Position numbers and translations under genes: made by a program. From assembly GCF_009914755.1 (NCBI RefSeq), contig NC_060947.1: 64,000 nt of DNA; one strand, written 5' to 3'. Positions 23,287-61,383 of the stretch are shown here, in pieces. The DNA is from the human T2T-CHM13v2.0 reference genome, Homo sapiens. How positions within the stretch are numbered: the stretch's first letter is position 1; every line of letters starts with the position of its first letter. The notes under the pieces are model-generated. The model saw only the letters and a program-made list of their open reading frames with translations, searched no databases and was not told the DNA's origin.

Positions 23287-26200
23287 AAGAAGGCACGTTG
23301 AAATGATGCAGGCTGCTCCTATGTTGGAAATTTGTTCATTAAAATTCTCCCAATAAAGCTTTACAGCCTTCTGCAAAGAAGTCTTGCGCATCTTTTGTGA
23401 AGTTTATTTCTAGCTTTTTGATGCTGTGAAATATGTATCATTCTTTGAAATCGTGTATTGTAACTCTCTGAGCTGGTATGTAGAGACATCGTTCTTTTTT
23501 TTTTTCTTTCTTTCTTTGTCCTCTTTTGAGACGGAGTCTTGCTCTGTCGCCCAGGCTGGAGTGCAGTGGCGCGATCTCTGCTCACTGCAACCCCGCCTCC
23601 CGGATTCAAGCAATTGTCTGCCTCAGCCTCCCGAGTAGCTGGGATTATAGGCACCCACCAGCACGCCTGGCTAAGTTTTGTGTTTTTACTAGAGATGGGC
23701 TTTCGCCATCTTGGCCGGGGTGCTCTTGAACTCCTGACCTCGTGATTCACCTGCCTTGGCCTCCCAAAGTGCTGGGATTACAGGCATGAGCCTCCGCGCC
23801 CGGTGGAGACATAATTCTTACATATTGGTTTTCTATCCAGCGGCCTTGTGAAATATGCTTGTGAATTCTAAAGTTTACTTCTAGGTCGTTTTCAGTCTTC
23901 AATATACAGAAACATATCATCCTGGAATAAGAGCAGTTTTGTTTCCGCCATTTTTTTTTCTTTTTCCTTTTGTATTTTTTTGTAGAGACGGGGTTTTGCC
24001 ATGTTTCCCGGGCTGTTGTTGAACTTTTGAGTGCAAGTGATGCACCCACGTCACCTCCCACAGTGCTGGGATTACTGGCGTGGGCCACCGTGGCGGGCCC
24101 GTCGTTGCCATTGTAAAGAGTTTTATTTCCTTTTCTGATTTTATGGCATTGCGCAGACCCACCCGTTACAATGGTGACAGTGGACATCCTTGTCTTATCC
24201 CTGATGAGAAACCGAAAAATTTCAACATTTCGCCATCCTATTCACTCTCCTTTTTTTGTAGACGGACTTTATCAGAGTGAGTCATTGCATTCTGTTCCAA
24301 ATTTGCTGAGAGTATTCATTTGAATATATGTTGATTTTCATCAAACAGTGCATCTATTTCGATTACCACAGCGTTTTTTCCCATTCATGGGTTAATATAG
24401 TGAATTCGATTGATAAATTTGTACGTTTTTAGGTTCGATTATTAAAACTTGAGACAGCGTCTCACTCTGTCACCGAGGCTGGAGTGCGGTGGTGTTATCA
24501 GAGCTCGCTGCAGCCTTGACCTCCTGGGCTCAAGCGCTCCTCCCACCTCAGCCTCCTGAGTAGCTGTGAGTATAGGTACATGCCACCATGCCCAGCTAAT
24601 TTTTCGATGGTTTTTTTGTTTGTTTTTTGTAGTGATGAGATTTTCTGATGTTGCTTAGGCTGGTCTCGAAGTCCTGAGCTCAGGTGATCTGGCCAGCTCA
24701 GCCTCCCAAAATACTAGGATTACAGGCGTGAGCCTTGGCCTGGTCTGGTTTTTCTTATATAGGGGTCTTATCTATATAAAGACTAAAGTTAATCTGTGCC
24801 TTTGTGCGGGTGGGCTAAGAGCATGATGACTTTTATCATTCTATTGATTTAAAGAAAACTGTCCTTGACTTACCAGTGTGTAAGTCCATGAAAGCATAAT
24901 TCTGTTGAAAGCATATATTGTTAATGGGTGTTGGGAACCGTGCACTTTCCGCTGCTGTGGGAGCATGTCCTTGGAGGTACCTTTCATCTGTTTTCTCAAC
25001 TCCAAACATCTTAGGACCATGGGTTGTGACTGGTAGGACTATGTATCTTGCTGCTTTCAAGACGGAGTATATTTTCACGTGGTGTCACTCTGGCTGTCCT
25101 GTTTCCCTAATACTGTCACTTCACCCTCTGCGATTCTGATGCTACAAATGATAGATATCGTTTTAGCATTTTCTTACGGGTCCTAGCGATTCTATTCATT
25201 TTTCTTTCAGTCTCTTTCTCTGACTTGTTCACATTGAACAATTTCCTTTTGGGATAGGTTGCTATTTCTGTTTTCGCAGGTGGTTTACCTGTCTTCCCAG
25301 CCAGTCACAGTGGTCCTTGTCCCCATGGTGGGTCCGGGGCAAGAGAGGGCCCTGGGTTGGGGGTGGGGTTCAGTTGAAGATGGGGTGAGTTTTGAGGGGA
25401 GCACTACTTGAGTCCCAGAGGCATAGGAAACAGCAGAGGGAGGTGGGATTCCCTTATCCTCAATGAGGATGGGCATGGAGGGTTTGGGGCGTGGCGCTGG
25501 GAACGGCAGCCCTCCCCAGCCCACAGCCGCGCATGCTCCCTGGGCTCCCGCCTCAGTGCGCATGTTCACTGGGCGTCTTCTGCCCGGCCCCTTCGCCCAC
25601 GTGAAGAACGCCAGGGAGCTGTGAGGCAGTGCTGTGTGGTTCCTGCCGTCCGGACTCTTTTTCCTCTACTGAGATTCATCTGGTAGGTGTGCAGGCCAGT
25701 CATCCCGGGGGCTGAAGTGTGAGTGAGGGTGGAGAGGGCCTCGGGTGGGTCAGGCGGGTCCCGCTTCCTGGTCTGTGGCCTCCGAGGGAGAAGGGCCACG
25801 AGGTCGTCCTCCTTCCCTTCACAGGCTGCGAGGCCACCGGCGGCTTCGTGGTCGTGAAGGGGCCTGGACGGGGAGGAAGGTGGGCCGTGGAGGGGAGGCG
25901 GTCAGGGGCTCAGGTGAAGACGGGGTGAGTGCTGTTGGGGGGATGGAAGTCCCGAGGTGCCGGGATCCCCGACGACACAGGGCAGATTCCCTGAGTGGGG
26001 CCCCCGGCGGGGGCGAGGCGGGCGGTGAAGAAGGGGCCTGGCACCTGGGAAGGCTGCGGCCTGGCGAGCGCCCCCCCCAGCGGTGTGGAGTGCGGAGCGC
26101 CCGAGTGAGAAGCACTGCAAGGTCTCACCTCCGCCATGGAAGGTCCGAAAACAGTGGGAAGGAGTGGGCGAGGCAGTGCGGTCCAACCAAACTTGTTGTG

Positions 26201-26730
26201 AGGGGGGGTGAATGGCTCTAGGAAGTGGGAGTGTGCCCAAAGCAGCAATCACGAGAATTGTGATTCACTAGGGTTTTCGTGGGGAGTGCACTTGTGAAAC
26301 TAAACCTCATCAGAAATGACCTCTGTCTGCGGGGCGCAGTGGCGCTCGCCTACGTAGTCCCAGTTACTGGGGACACTGAGGTGGGAGGATCCCTTGAGCG
26401 GGAGGTCGAGGCTGCAGTGAGCTGTGATCACGCCGCTGCACTCCAGCCTGAGCAACACAGCGAGACCGCGTGTCCAAAAGAAATTTAGAAAAAAATGTCC
26501 TCTGCCTTTTGCCACACGCCTTAAGATGATTGCTCTGCCAGCCTGGCCAGCAGAAGTGGCTTTGTAGGCACTCAGACAGCGTACACACGTATGCTTAACT
26601 CTGGGACTTATTTTGAGAGTATTTTCAAAAGTAAAACGGCAAGTTAACATTTATCCATGGAAGTGATCGAATATAGCAGCCCTGTGGAGCGCACGTTCCC
26701 AATCACGGTTGTCTGTTTTCAGTGTGAAAT

Positions 26731-32796
<6,066 letters not shown>

Positions 32797-35700
32797 AAGA
32801 AGGCACGTTGAAATGATGCAGGCTGCTCCTATGTTGGAAATTTGTTCATTAAAATTCTCCCAATAAAGCTTTACAGCCTTCTGCAAAGAAGTCTTGCGCA
32901 TCTTTTGTGAAGTTTATTTCTAGCTTTTTGATGCTGTGAAATATGTATCATTCTTTGAAATCGTGTATTGTAACTCTCTGAGCTGGTATGTAGAGACATC
33001 GTTCTTTTTTTTTTTCTTTCTTTCTTTGTCCTCTTTTGAGACGGAGTCTTGCTCTGTCGCCCAGGCTGGAGTGCAGTGGCGCGATCTCTGCTCACTGCAA
33101 CCCCGCCTCCCGGATTCAAGCAATTGTCTGCCTCAGCCTCCCGAGTAGCTGGGATTATAGGCACCCACCAGCACGCCTGGCTAAGTTTTGTGTTTTTACT
33201 AGAGATGGGCTTTCGCCATCTTGGCCGGGGTGCTCTTGAACTCCTGACCTCGTGATTCACCTGCCTTGGCCTCCCAAAGTGCTGGGATTACAGGCATGAG
33301 CCTCCGCGCCCGGTGGAGACATAATTCTTACATATTGGTTTTCTATCCAGCGGCCTTGTGAAATATGCTTGTGAATTCTAAAGTTTACTTCTAGGTCGTT
33401 TTCAGTCTTCAATATACAGAAACATATCATCCTGGAATAAGAGCAGTTTTGTTTCCGCCATTTTTTTTTCTTTTTCCTTTTGTATTTTTTTGTAGAGACG
33501 GGGTTTTGCCATGTTTCCCGGGCTGTTGTTGAACTTTTGAGTGCAAGTGATGCACCCACGTCACCTCCCACAGTGCTGGGATTACTGGCGTGGGCCACCG
33601 TGGCGGGCCCGTCGTTGCCATTGTAAAGAGTTTTATTTCCTTTTCTGATTTTATGGCATTGCGCAGACCCACCCGTTACAATGGTGACAGTGGACATCCT
33701 TGTCTTATCCCTGATGAGAAACCGAAAAATTTCAACATTTCGCCATCCTATTCACTCTCCTTTTTTTGTAGACGGACTTTATCAGAGTGAGTCATTGCAT
33801 TCTGTTCCAAATTTGCTGAGAGTATTCATTTGAATATATGTTGATTTTCATCAAACAGTGCATCTATTTCGATTACCACAGCGTTTTTTCCCATTCATGG
33901 GTTAATATAGTGAATTCGATTGATAAATTTGTACGTTTTTAGGTTCGATTATTAAAACTTGAGACAGCGTCTCACTCTGTCACCGAGGCTGGAGTGCGGT
34001 GGTGTTATCAGAGCTCGCTGCAGCCTTGACCTCCTGGGCTCAAGCGCTCCTCCCACCTCAGCCTCCTGAGTAGCTGTGAGTATAGGTACATGCCACCATG
34101 CCCAGCTAATTTTTCGATGGTTTTTTTGTTTGTTTTTTGTAGTGATGAGATTTTCTGATGTTGCTTAGGCTGGTCTCGAAGTCCTGAGCTCAGGTGATCT
34201 GGCCAGCTCAGCCTCCCAAAATACTAGGATTACAGGCGTGAGCCTTGGCCTGGTCTGGTTTTTCTTATATAGGGGTCTTATCTATATAAAGACTAAAGTT
34301 AATCTGTGCCTTTGTGCGGGTGGGCTAAGAGCATGATGACTTTTATCATTCTATTGATTTAAAGAAAACTGTCCTTGACTTACCAGTGTGTAAGTCCATG
34401 AAAGCATAATTCTGTTGAAAGCATATATTGTTAATGGGTGTTGGGAACCGTGCACTTTCCGCTGCTGTGGGAGCATGTCCTTGGAGGTACCTTTCATCTG
34501 TTTTCTCAACTCCAAACATCTTAGGACCATGGGTTGTGACTGGTAGGACTATGTATCTTGCTGCTTTCAAGACGGAGTATATTTTCACGTGGTGTCACTC
34601 TGGCTGTCCTGTTTCCCTAATACTGTCACTTCACCCTCTGCGATTCTGATGCTACAAATGATAGATATCGTTTTAGCATTTTCTTACGGGTCCTAGCGAT
34701 TCTATTCATTTTTCTTTCAGTCTCTTTCTCTGACTTGTTCACATTGAACAATTTCCTTTTGGGATAGGTTGCTATTTCTGTTTTCGCAGGTGGTTTACCT
34801 GTCTTCCCAGCCAGTCACAGTGGTCCTTGTCCCCATGGTGGGTCCGGGGCAAGAGAGGGCCCTGGGTTGGGGGTGGGGTTCAGTTGAAGATGGGGTGAGT
34901 TTTGAGGGGAGCACTACTTGAGTCCCAGAGGCATAGGAAACAGCAGAGGGAGGTGGGATTCCCTTATCCTCAATGAGGATGGGCATGGAGGGTTTGGGGC
35001 GTGGCGCTGGGAACGGCAGCCCTCCCCAGCCCACAGCCGCGCATGCTCCCTGGGCTCCCGCCTCAGTGCGCATGTTCACTGGGCGTCTTCTGCCCGGCCC
35101 CTTCGCCCACGTGAAGAACGCCAGGGAGCTGTGAGGCAGTGCTGTGTGGTTCCTGCCGTCCGGACTCTTTTTCCTCTACTGAGATTCATCTGGTAGGTGT
35201 GCAGGCCAGTCATCCCGGGGGCTGAAGTGTGAGTGAGGGTGGAGAGGGCCTCGGGTGGGTCAGGCGGGTCCCGCTTCCTGGTCTGTGGCCTCCGAGGGAG
35301 AAGGGCCACGAGGTCGTCCTCCTTCCCTTCACAGGCTGCGAGGCCACCGGCGGCTTCGTGGTCGTGAAGGGGCCTGGACGGGGAGGAAGGTGGGCCGTGG
35401 AGGGGAGGCGGTCAGGGGCTCAGGTGAAGACGGGGTGAGTGCTGTTGGGGGGATGGAAGTCCCGAGGTGCCGGGATCCCCGACGACACAGGGCAGATTCC
35501 CTGAGTGGGGCCCCCGGCGGGGGCGAGGCGGGCGGTGAAGAAGGGGCCTGGCACCTGGGAAGGCTGCGGCCTGGCGAGCGCCCCCCCCAGCGGTGTGGAG
35601 TGCGGAGCGCCCGAGTGAGAAGCACTGCAAGGTCTCACCTCCGCCATGGAAGGTCCGAAAACAGTGGGAAGGAGTGGGCGAGGCAGTGCGGTCCAACCAA

Positions 35701-36240
35701 ACTTGTTGTGAGGGGGGGTGAATGGCTCTAGGAAGTGGGAGTGTGCCCAAAGCAGCAATCACGAGAATTGTGATTCACTAGGGTTTTCGTGGGGAGTGCA
35801 CTTGTGAAACTAAACCTCATCAGAAATGACCTCTGTCTGCGGGGCGCAGTGGCGCTCGCCTACGTAGTCCCAGTTACTGGGGACACTGAGGTGGGAGGAT
35901 CCCTTGAGCGGGAGGTCGAGGCTGCAGTGAGCTGTGATCACGCCGCTGCACTCCAGCCTGAGCAACACAGCGAGACCGCGTGTCCAAAAGAAATTTAGAA
36001 AAAAATGTCCTCTGCCTTTTGCCACACGCCTTAAGATGATTGCTCTGCCAGCCTGGCCAGCAGAAGTGGCTTTGTAGGCACTCAGACAGCGTACACACGT
36101 ATGCTTAACTCTGGGACTTATTTTGAGAGTATTTTCAAAAGTAAAACGGCAAGTTAACATTTATCCATGGAAGTGATCGAATATAGCAGCCCTGTGGAGC
36201 GCACGTTCCCAATCACGGTTGTCTGTTTTCAGTGTGAAAT

Positions 36241-42304
<6,064 letters not shown>

Positions 42305-45300
42305 AAGAAGGCACGTTGAAATGATGCAGGCTGCTCCTATGTTGGAAATTTGTTCATTAAAATTCTCCCAATAAAGCTTTACAGCCTTCTGCAAAGAAGT
42401 CTTGCGCATCTTTTGTGAAGTTTATTTCTAGCTTTTTGATGCTGTGAAATATGTATCATTCTTTGAAATCGTGTATTGTAACTCTCTGAGCTGGTATGTA
42501 GAGACATCGTTCTTTTTTTTTTTCTTTCTTTCTTTGTCCTCTTTTGAGACGGAGTCTTGCTCTGTCGCCCAGGCTGGAGTGCAGTGGCGCGATCTCTGCT
42601 CACTGCAACCCCGCCTCCCGGATTCAAGCAATTGTCTGCCTCAGCCTCCCGAGTAGCTGGGATTATAGGCACCCACCAGCACGCCTGGCTAAGTTTTGTG
42701 TTTTTACTAGAGATGGGCTTTCGCCATCTTGGCCGGGGTGCTCTTGAACTCCTGACCTCGTGATTCACCTGCCTTGGCCTCCCAAAGTGCTGGGATTACA
42801 GGCATGAGCCTCCGCGCCCGGTGGAGACATAATTCTTACATATTGGTTTTCTATCCAGCGGCCTTGTGAAATATGCTTGTGAATTCTAAAGTTTACTTCT
42901 AGGTCGTTTTCAGTCTTCAATATACAGAAACATATCATCCTGGAATAAGAGCAGTTTTGTTTCCGCCATTTTTTTTTCTTTTTCCTTTTGTATTTTTTTG
43001 TAGAGACGGGGTTTTGCCATGTTTCCCGGGCTGTTGTTGAACTTTTGAGTGCAAGTGATGCACCCACGTCACCTCCCACAGTGCTGGGATTACTGGCGTG
43101 GGCCACCGTGGCGGGCCCGTCGTTGCCATTGTAAAGAGTTTTATTTCCTTTTCTGATTTTATGGCATTGCGCAGACCCACCCGTTACAATGGTGACAGTG
43201 GACATCCTTGTCTTATCCCTGATGAGAAACCGAAAAATTTCAACATTTCGCCATCCTATTCACTCTCCTTTTTTTGTAGACGGACTTTATCAGAGTGAGT
43301 CATTGCATTCTGTTCCAAATTTGCTGAGAGTATTCATTTGAATATATGTTGATTTTCATCAAACAGTGCATCTATTTCGATTACCACAGCGTTTTTTCCC
43401 ATTCATGGGTTAATATAGTGAATTCGATTGATAAATTTGTACGTTTTTAGGTTCGATTATTAAAACTTGAGACAGCGTCTCACTCTGTCACCGAGGCTGG
43501 AGTGCGGTGGTGTTATCAGAGCTCGCTGCAGCCTTGACCTCCTGGGCTCAAGCGCTCCTCCCACCTCAGCCTCCTGAGTAGCTGTGAGTATAGGTACATG
43601 CCACCATGCCCAGCTAATTTTTCGATGGTTTTTTTGTTTGTTTTTGTAGTGATGAGATTTTCTGATGTTGCTTAGGCTGGTCTCGAAGTCCTGAGCTCAG
43701 GTGATCTGGCCAGCTCAGCCTCCCAAAATACTAGGATTACAGGCGTGAGCCTTGGCCTGGTCTGGTTTTTCTTATATAGGGGTCTTATCTATATAAAGAC
43801 TAAAGTTAATCTGTGCCTTTGTGCAGGTGGGCTAAGAGCATGATGACTTTTATCATTCTATTGATTTAAAGAAAACTGTCCTTGACTTACCAGTGTGTAA
43901 GTCCATGAAAGCATAATTCTGTTGAAAGCATATATTGTTAATGGGTGTTGGGAACCGTGCACTTTCCGCTGCTGTGGGAGCATGTCCTTGGAGGTACCTT
44001 TCATCTGTTTTCTCAACTCCAAACATCTTAGGACCATGGGTTGTGACTGGTAGGACTATGTATCTTGCTGCTTTCAAGACGGAGTATATTTTCACGTGGT
44101 GTCACTCTGGCTGTCCTGTTTCCCTAATACTGTCACTTCACCCTCTGCGATTCTGATGCTACAAATGATAGATATCGTTTTAGCATTTTCTTACGGGTCC
44201 TAGCGATTCTATTCATTTTTCTTTCAGTCTCTTTCTCTGACTTGTTCACATTGAACAATTTCCTTTTGGGATAGGTTGCTATTTCTGTTTTCGCAGGTGG
44301 TTTACCTGTCTTCCCAGCCAGTCACAGTGGTCCTTGTCCCCATGGTGGGTCCGGGGCAAGAGAGGGCCCTGGGTTGGGGGTGGGGTTCAGTTGAAGATGG
44401 GGTGAGTTTTGAGGGGAGCACTACTTGAGTCCCAGAGGCATAGGAAACAGCAGAGGGAGGTGGGATTCCCTTATCCTCAATGAGGATGGGCATGGAGGGT
44501 TTGGGGCGTGGCGCTGGGAACGGCAGCCCTCCCCAGCCCACAGCCGCGCATGCTCCCTGGGCTCCCGCTTCAGTGCGCATGTTCACTGGGCGTCTTCTGC
44601 CCGGCCCCTTCGCCCACGTGAAGAACGCCAGGGAGCTGTGAGGCAGTGCTGTGTGGTTCCTGCCGTCCGGACTCTTTTTCCTCTACTGAGATTCATCTGG
44701 TAGGTGTGCAGGCCAGTCATCCCGGGGGCTGAAGTGTGAGTGAGGGTGGAGAGGGCCTCGGGTGGGTCACGCGGGTCCCGCTTCCTGGTCTGTGGCCTCC
44801 GAGGGAGAAGGGCCACGAGGTCGTCCTCCTTCCCTTCACAGGCTGCGAGGCCACCGGCGGCTTCGTGGTCGTGAAGGGGCCTGGACGGGGAGGAAGGTGG
44901 GCCGTGGAGGGGAGGCGGTCAGGGGCTCAGGTGAAGACGGGGTGAGTGCTGTTGGGGGGATGGAAGTCCCGAGGTGCCGGGATCCCCGACGACACAGGGC
45001 AGATTCCCTGAATGGGGCCCCCGGCGGGGGCGAGGCAGGCGGTGAAGAAGGGGCCTGGCACCTGGGAAGGCTGCGGCCTGGCGAGCGCCCCCCCCAGCGG
45101 TGTGGAGTGCGGAGCGCCCGAGTGAGAAGCACTGCAAGGTCTCACCTCCGCCATGGAAGGTCCGAAAACAGTGGGAAGGAGTGGGCGAGGCAGTGCGGTC
45201 CAACCAAACTTGTTGTGAGGGGGGGTGAATGGCTCTAGGAAGTGGGAGTGTGCTCAAAGCAGCAATCACGAGAATTGTGATTCACTAGGGTTTTCGTGGG

Positions 45301-45747
45301 GAGTGCACTTGTGAAACTAAACCTCATCAGAAATGACCTCTGTCTGCGGGGCGCAGTGGCGCTCGCCTACGTAGTCCCAGTTACTGGGGACACTGAGGTG
45401 GGAGGATCCCTTGAGCGGGAGGTCGAGGCTGCAGTGAGCTGTGATCACGCCGCTGCACTCCAGCCTGAGCAACACAGCGAGACCGCGTGTCCAAAAGAAA
45501 TTTAGAAAAAAATGTCCTCTGCCTTTTGCCACACGCCTTAAGATGATTGCTCTGCCAGCCTGGCCAGCAGAAGTGGCTTTGTAGGCACTCAGACAGCGTA
45601 CACACGTATGCTTATCTCTGGGACTTATTTTGAGAGTATTTTCAAAAGTAAAACGGCAAGTTAACATTTATCCATGGAAGTGATCGAATATAGCAGCCCT
45701 GTGGAGCGCACGTTCCCAATCACGGTTGTCTGTTTTCAGTGTGAAAT

Positions 45748-51864
<6,117 letters not shown>

Positions 51865-54800
51865 AAGAAGACACGTTGAAATGATGCAGGCTGCTCCTAT
51901 GTTGGAAATTTGTTCATTAAAATTCTCCCAATAAAGCTTTACAGCCTTCTGCAAAGAAGTCTTGCGCATCTTTTGTGAAGTTCATTTCTAGCTTTTTGAT
52001 GCTGTGAAATATGTATCATTCTTTGAAATCGTGTATTGTAACTCTCTGAGCTGGTATGTAGAGACATCGTTCTTTTTTTTTTCTTTCTTTCTTTGTCCTC
52101 TTTTGAGACGGAGTCTTGCTCTGTCGCCCAGGCTGGAGTGCAGTGGCGCGATCTCTGCTCACTGCAACCCCGCCTCCCGGATTCAAGCAATTGTCTGCCT
52201 CAGCCTCCCGAGTAGCTGGGATTATAGGCACCCACCAGCACGCCTGGCTAAGTTTTGTGTTTTTACTAGAGATGGGCTTTCGCCATCTTGGCCGGGGTGC
52301 TCTTGAACTCCTGACCTCGTGATTCACCTGCCTTGGCCTCCCAAAGTGCTGGGATTACAGGCATGAGCCTCCGTGCCCGGTGGAGACATAATTCTTACAT
52401 ATTGGTTTTCTATCCAGCGGCCTTGTGAAATATGCTTGTGAATTCTAAAGTTTACTTCTAGGTCGTTTTCAGTCTTCAATATACAGAAACATATCATCCT
52501 GGAATAAGAGCAGTTTTGTTTCCGCCATATTTTTTTCTTTTCCCTTTTGTATTTTTTTGTAGAGACGGGGTTTTGCCATGTTTCCCGGGCTGTTGTTGAA
52601 CTTTTGAGTGCAAGTGATGCACCCACGTCACCTCCCACAGTGCTGGGATTACTGGCGTGGGCCACCGTGGCGGGCCCGTCGTTGCCATTGTAAAGAGTTT
52701 TATTTCCTTTTCTGATTTTATGGCATTGCGCAGACCCACCCGTTACAATGGTGACAGTGGACATCCTTGTCTTATCCCTGATGAGAAACCGAAAAATTTC
52801 AACATTTCACCATCCTATTCACTCTCCTTTTTTTGTAGACGGACTTTATCAGAGTGAGTCATTGCATTCTGTTCCAAATTTGCTGAGAGTATTCATTTGA
52901 ATATATGTTGATTTTCATCAAACAGTGCATCTATTTCGATTACCACAGCGTTTTTTCCCATTCATGTGTTAATATAGTGAATTCGATTGATAAATTTGTA
53001 CGTTTTTAGGTTCGATTATTAAAACTTGAGACAGCGTCTCACTCTGTCACCGAGGCTGGAGTGCGGTGGTGTTATCAGAGCTCGCTGCAGCCTTGACCTC
53101 CTGGGCTCAAGGGCGCCTCCCACCTCAGCCTCCTGAGGAGCTGTGAGTATAGGTACATGCCACCATGCCCAGCTAATTTTTCGATGGTTTTTTGTTTGTT
53201 TTTTGTAGTGATGAGATTTTCTGATGTTGCTTAGGCTGGTCTCGAAGTCCTGAGCTCAGGTGATCTGGCCAGCTCAGCCTCCCAAAATACTAGGATTACA
53301 GGCGTGAGCCTTGGCCTGGTCTGGTTTTTCTTATATAGGGGTCTTATCTATATAAAGACTAAAGTTAATCTGTGCCTTTGTGCGGGTGGGCTAAGAGCAT
53401 GATGACTTTTATCATTCTATTGATTTAAAGAAAACTGTCCTTGACTTACCAGTGTGTAAGTCCATGAAAGCATAATTCTGTTGAAAGCATATATTGTTAA
53501 TGGGTGTTGGGAACCGTGCACTTTCCGCTGCTGTGGGAGCATGTCCTTGGAGGTACCTTTCATCTGTTTTCTCAACTCCAAACATCTTAGGACCATGGGT
53601 TGTGACTGGTAGGACTATGTATCTTGCTGCTTTCAAGACGGAGTATATTTTCACGTGGTGTCACTCTGGCTGTCCTGTTTCCCTAATACTGTCACTTCAC
53701 CCTCTGCGATTCTGATGCTACAAATGATAGATATCGTTTTAGCATTTTCTTACGGGTCCTAGCGATTCTATTCATTTTTCTTTCAGTCTCTTTCTCTGAC
53801 TTGTTCACATTGAACAATTTCCTTTTGGGATAGGTTGCTATTTCTGTTTTCGCAGGTGGTTTACCTGTCTTCCCAGCCAGTCACAGTGGTCCTTGTCCCC
53901 ATGGTGGGTCCGGGGCAAGAGAGGGCCCTGGGTTGGGGGTGGGGTTCAGTTGAAGATGGGGTGAGTTTTGAGGGGAGCACTACTTGAGTCCCAGAGGCAT
54001 AGGAAACAGCAGAGGGAGGTGGGATTCCCTTATCCTCAATGAGGATGGGCATGGAGGGTTTGGGGCGTGGCGCTGGGAACGGCAGCCCTCCCCAGCCCAC
54101 AGCCGCGCATGCTCCCTGGGCTCCCGCCTCAGTGCGCATGTTCACTGGGCGTCTTCTGCCCGGCCCCTTCGCCCACGTGAAGAACGCCAGGGAGCTGTGA
54201 GGCAGTGCTGTGTGGTTCCTGCCGTCCGGACTCTTTTTCCTCTACTGAGATTCATCTGGTAGGTGTGCAGGCCAGTCATCCCGGGGGCTGAAGTGTGAGT
54301 GAGGGTGGAGAGGGCCTCGGGTGGGTCAGGCGGGTCCCGCTTCCTGGTCTGTGGCCTCCGAGGGAGAAGGGCCACGAGGTCGTCCTCCTTCCCTTCACAG
54401 GCTGCGAGGCCACCGGCGGCTTCGTGGTCGTGAAGGGGCCTGGACGGGGAGGAAGGTGGGCCGTGGAGGGGAGGCGGTCAGGGGCTCAGGTGAAGACGGG
54501 GTGAGTGCTGTTGGGGGGATGGAAGTCCCGAGGTGCCGGGATCCCCGACGACACAGGGCAGATTCCCTGAATGGGGCCCCCGGCGGGGGCGAGGCAGGCG
54601 GTGAAGAAGGGGCCTGGCACCTGGGAAGGCTGGGGCCTGGCGAGCCCCCCCCCAGCGGTGTGGAGTGCGGAGCGCCCGAGTGAGAAGCACTGCAAGGTCT
54701 CACCTCCGCCATGGAAGGTCCGAAAACAGTGGGAAGGAGTGGGCGAGGCAGTGCGGTCCAACCAAACTTGTTGTGAGGGGGGGTGAATGGCTCTAGGAAG

Positions 54801-55305
54801 TGGGAGTGTGCCCAAAGCAGCAATCACGAGAATTGTGATTCACTAGGGTTTTCGTGGGGAGTGCACTTGTGAAACTAAACCTCATCAGAAATGACCTCTG
54901 TCTGCGGGGCGCAGTGGCGCTCGCCTACGTATTCCCAGTTACTGGGGACACTGAGGTGGGAGGATCCCTTGAGCGGGAGGTCGAGGCTGCAGTGAGCTGT
55001 GATCACGCCGCTGCACTCCAGCCTGAGCAACACAGCGAGACCGCGTGTCCAAAAGAAATTTAGAAAAAAATGTCCTCTGCCTTTTGCCACACGCCTTAAG
55101 ATGATTGCTCTGCCAGCCTGGCCAGCAGAAGTGGCTTTGTAGGCACTCAGACAGCGTACACACGTATGCTTAACTCTGGGACTTATCTTGAGAGTATTTT
55201 CAAAAGTAAAACGGCAAGTTTACATTTATCCATGGAAGTGATCGAATATAGCAGCCCTGTGGAGCGCACGTTCCCAATCACGGTTGTCTGTTTTCAGTGT
55301 GAAAT

Positions 55306-61383
<6,078 letters not shown>

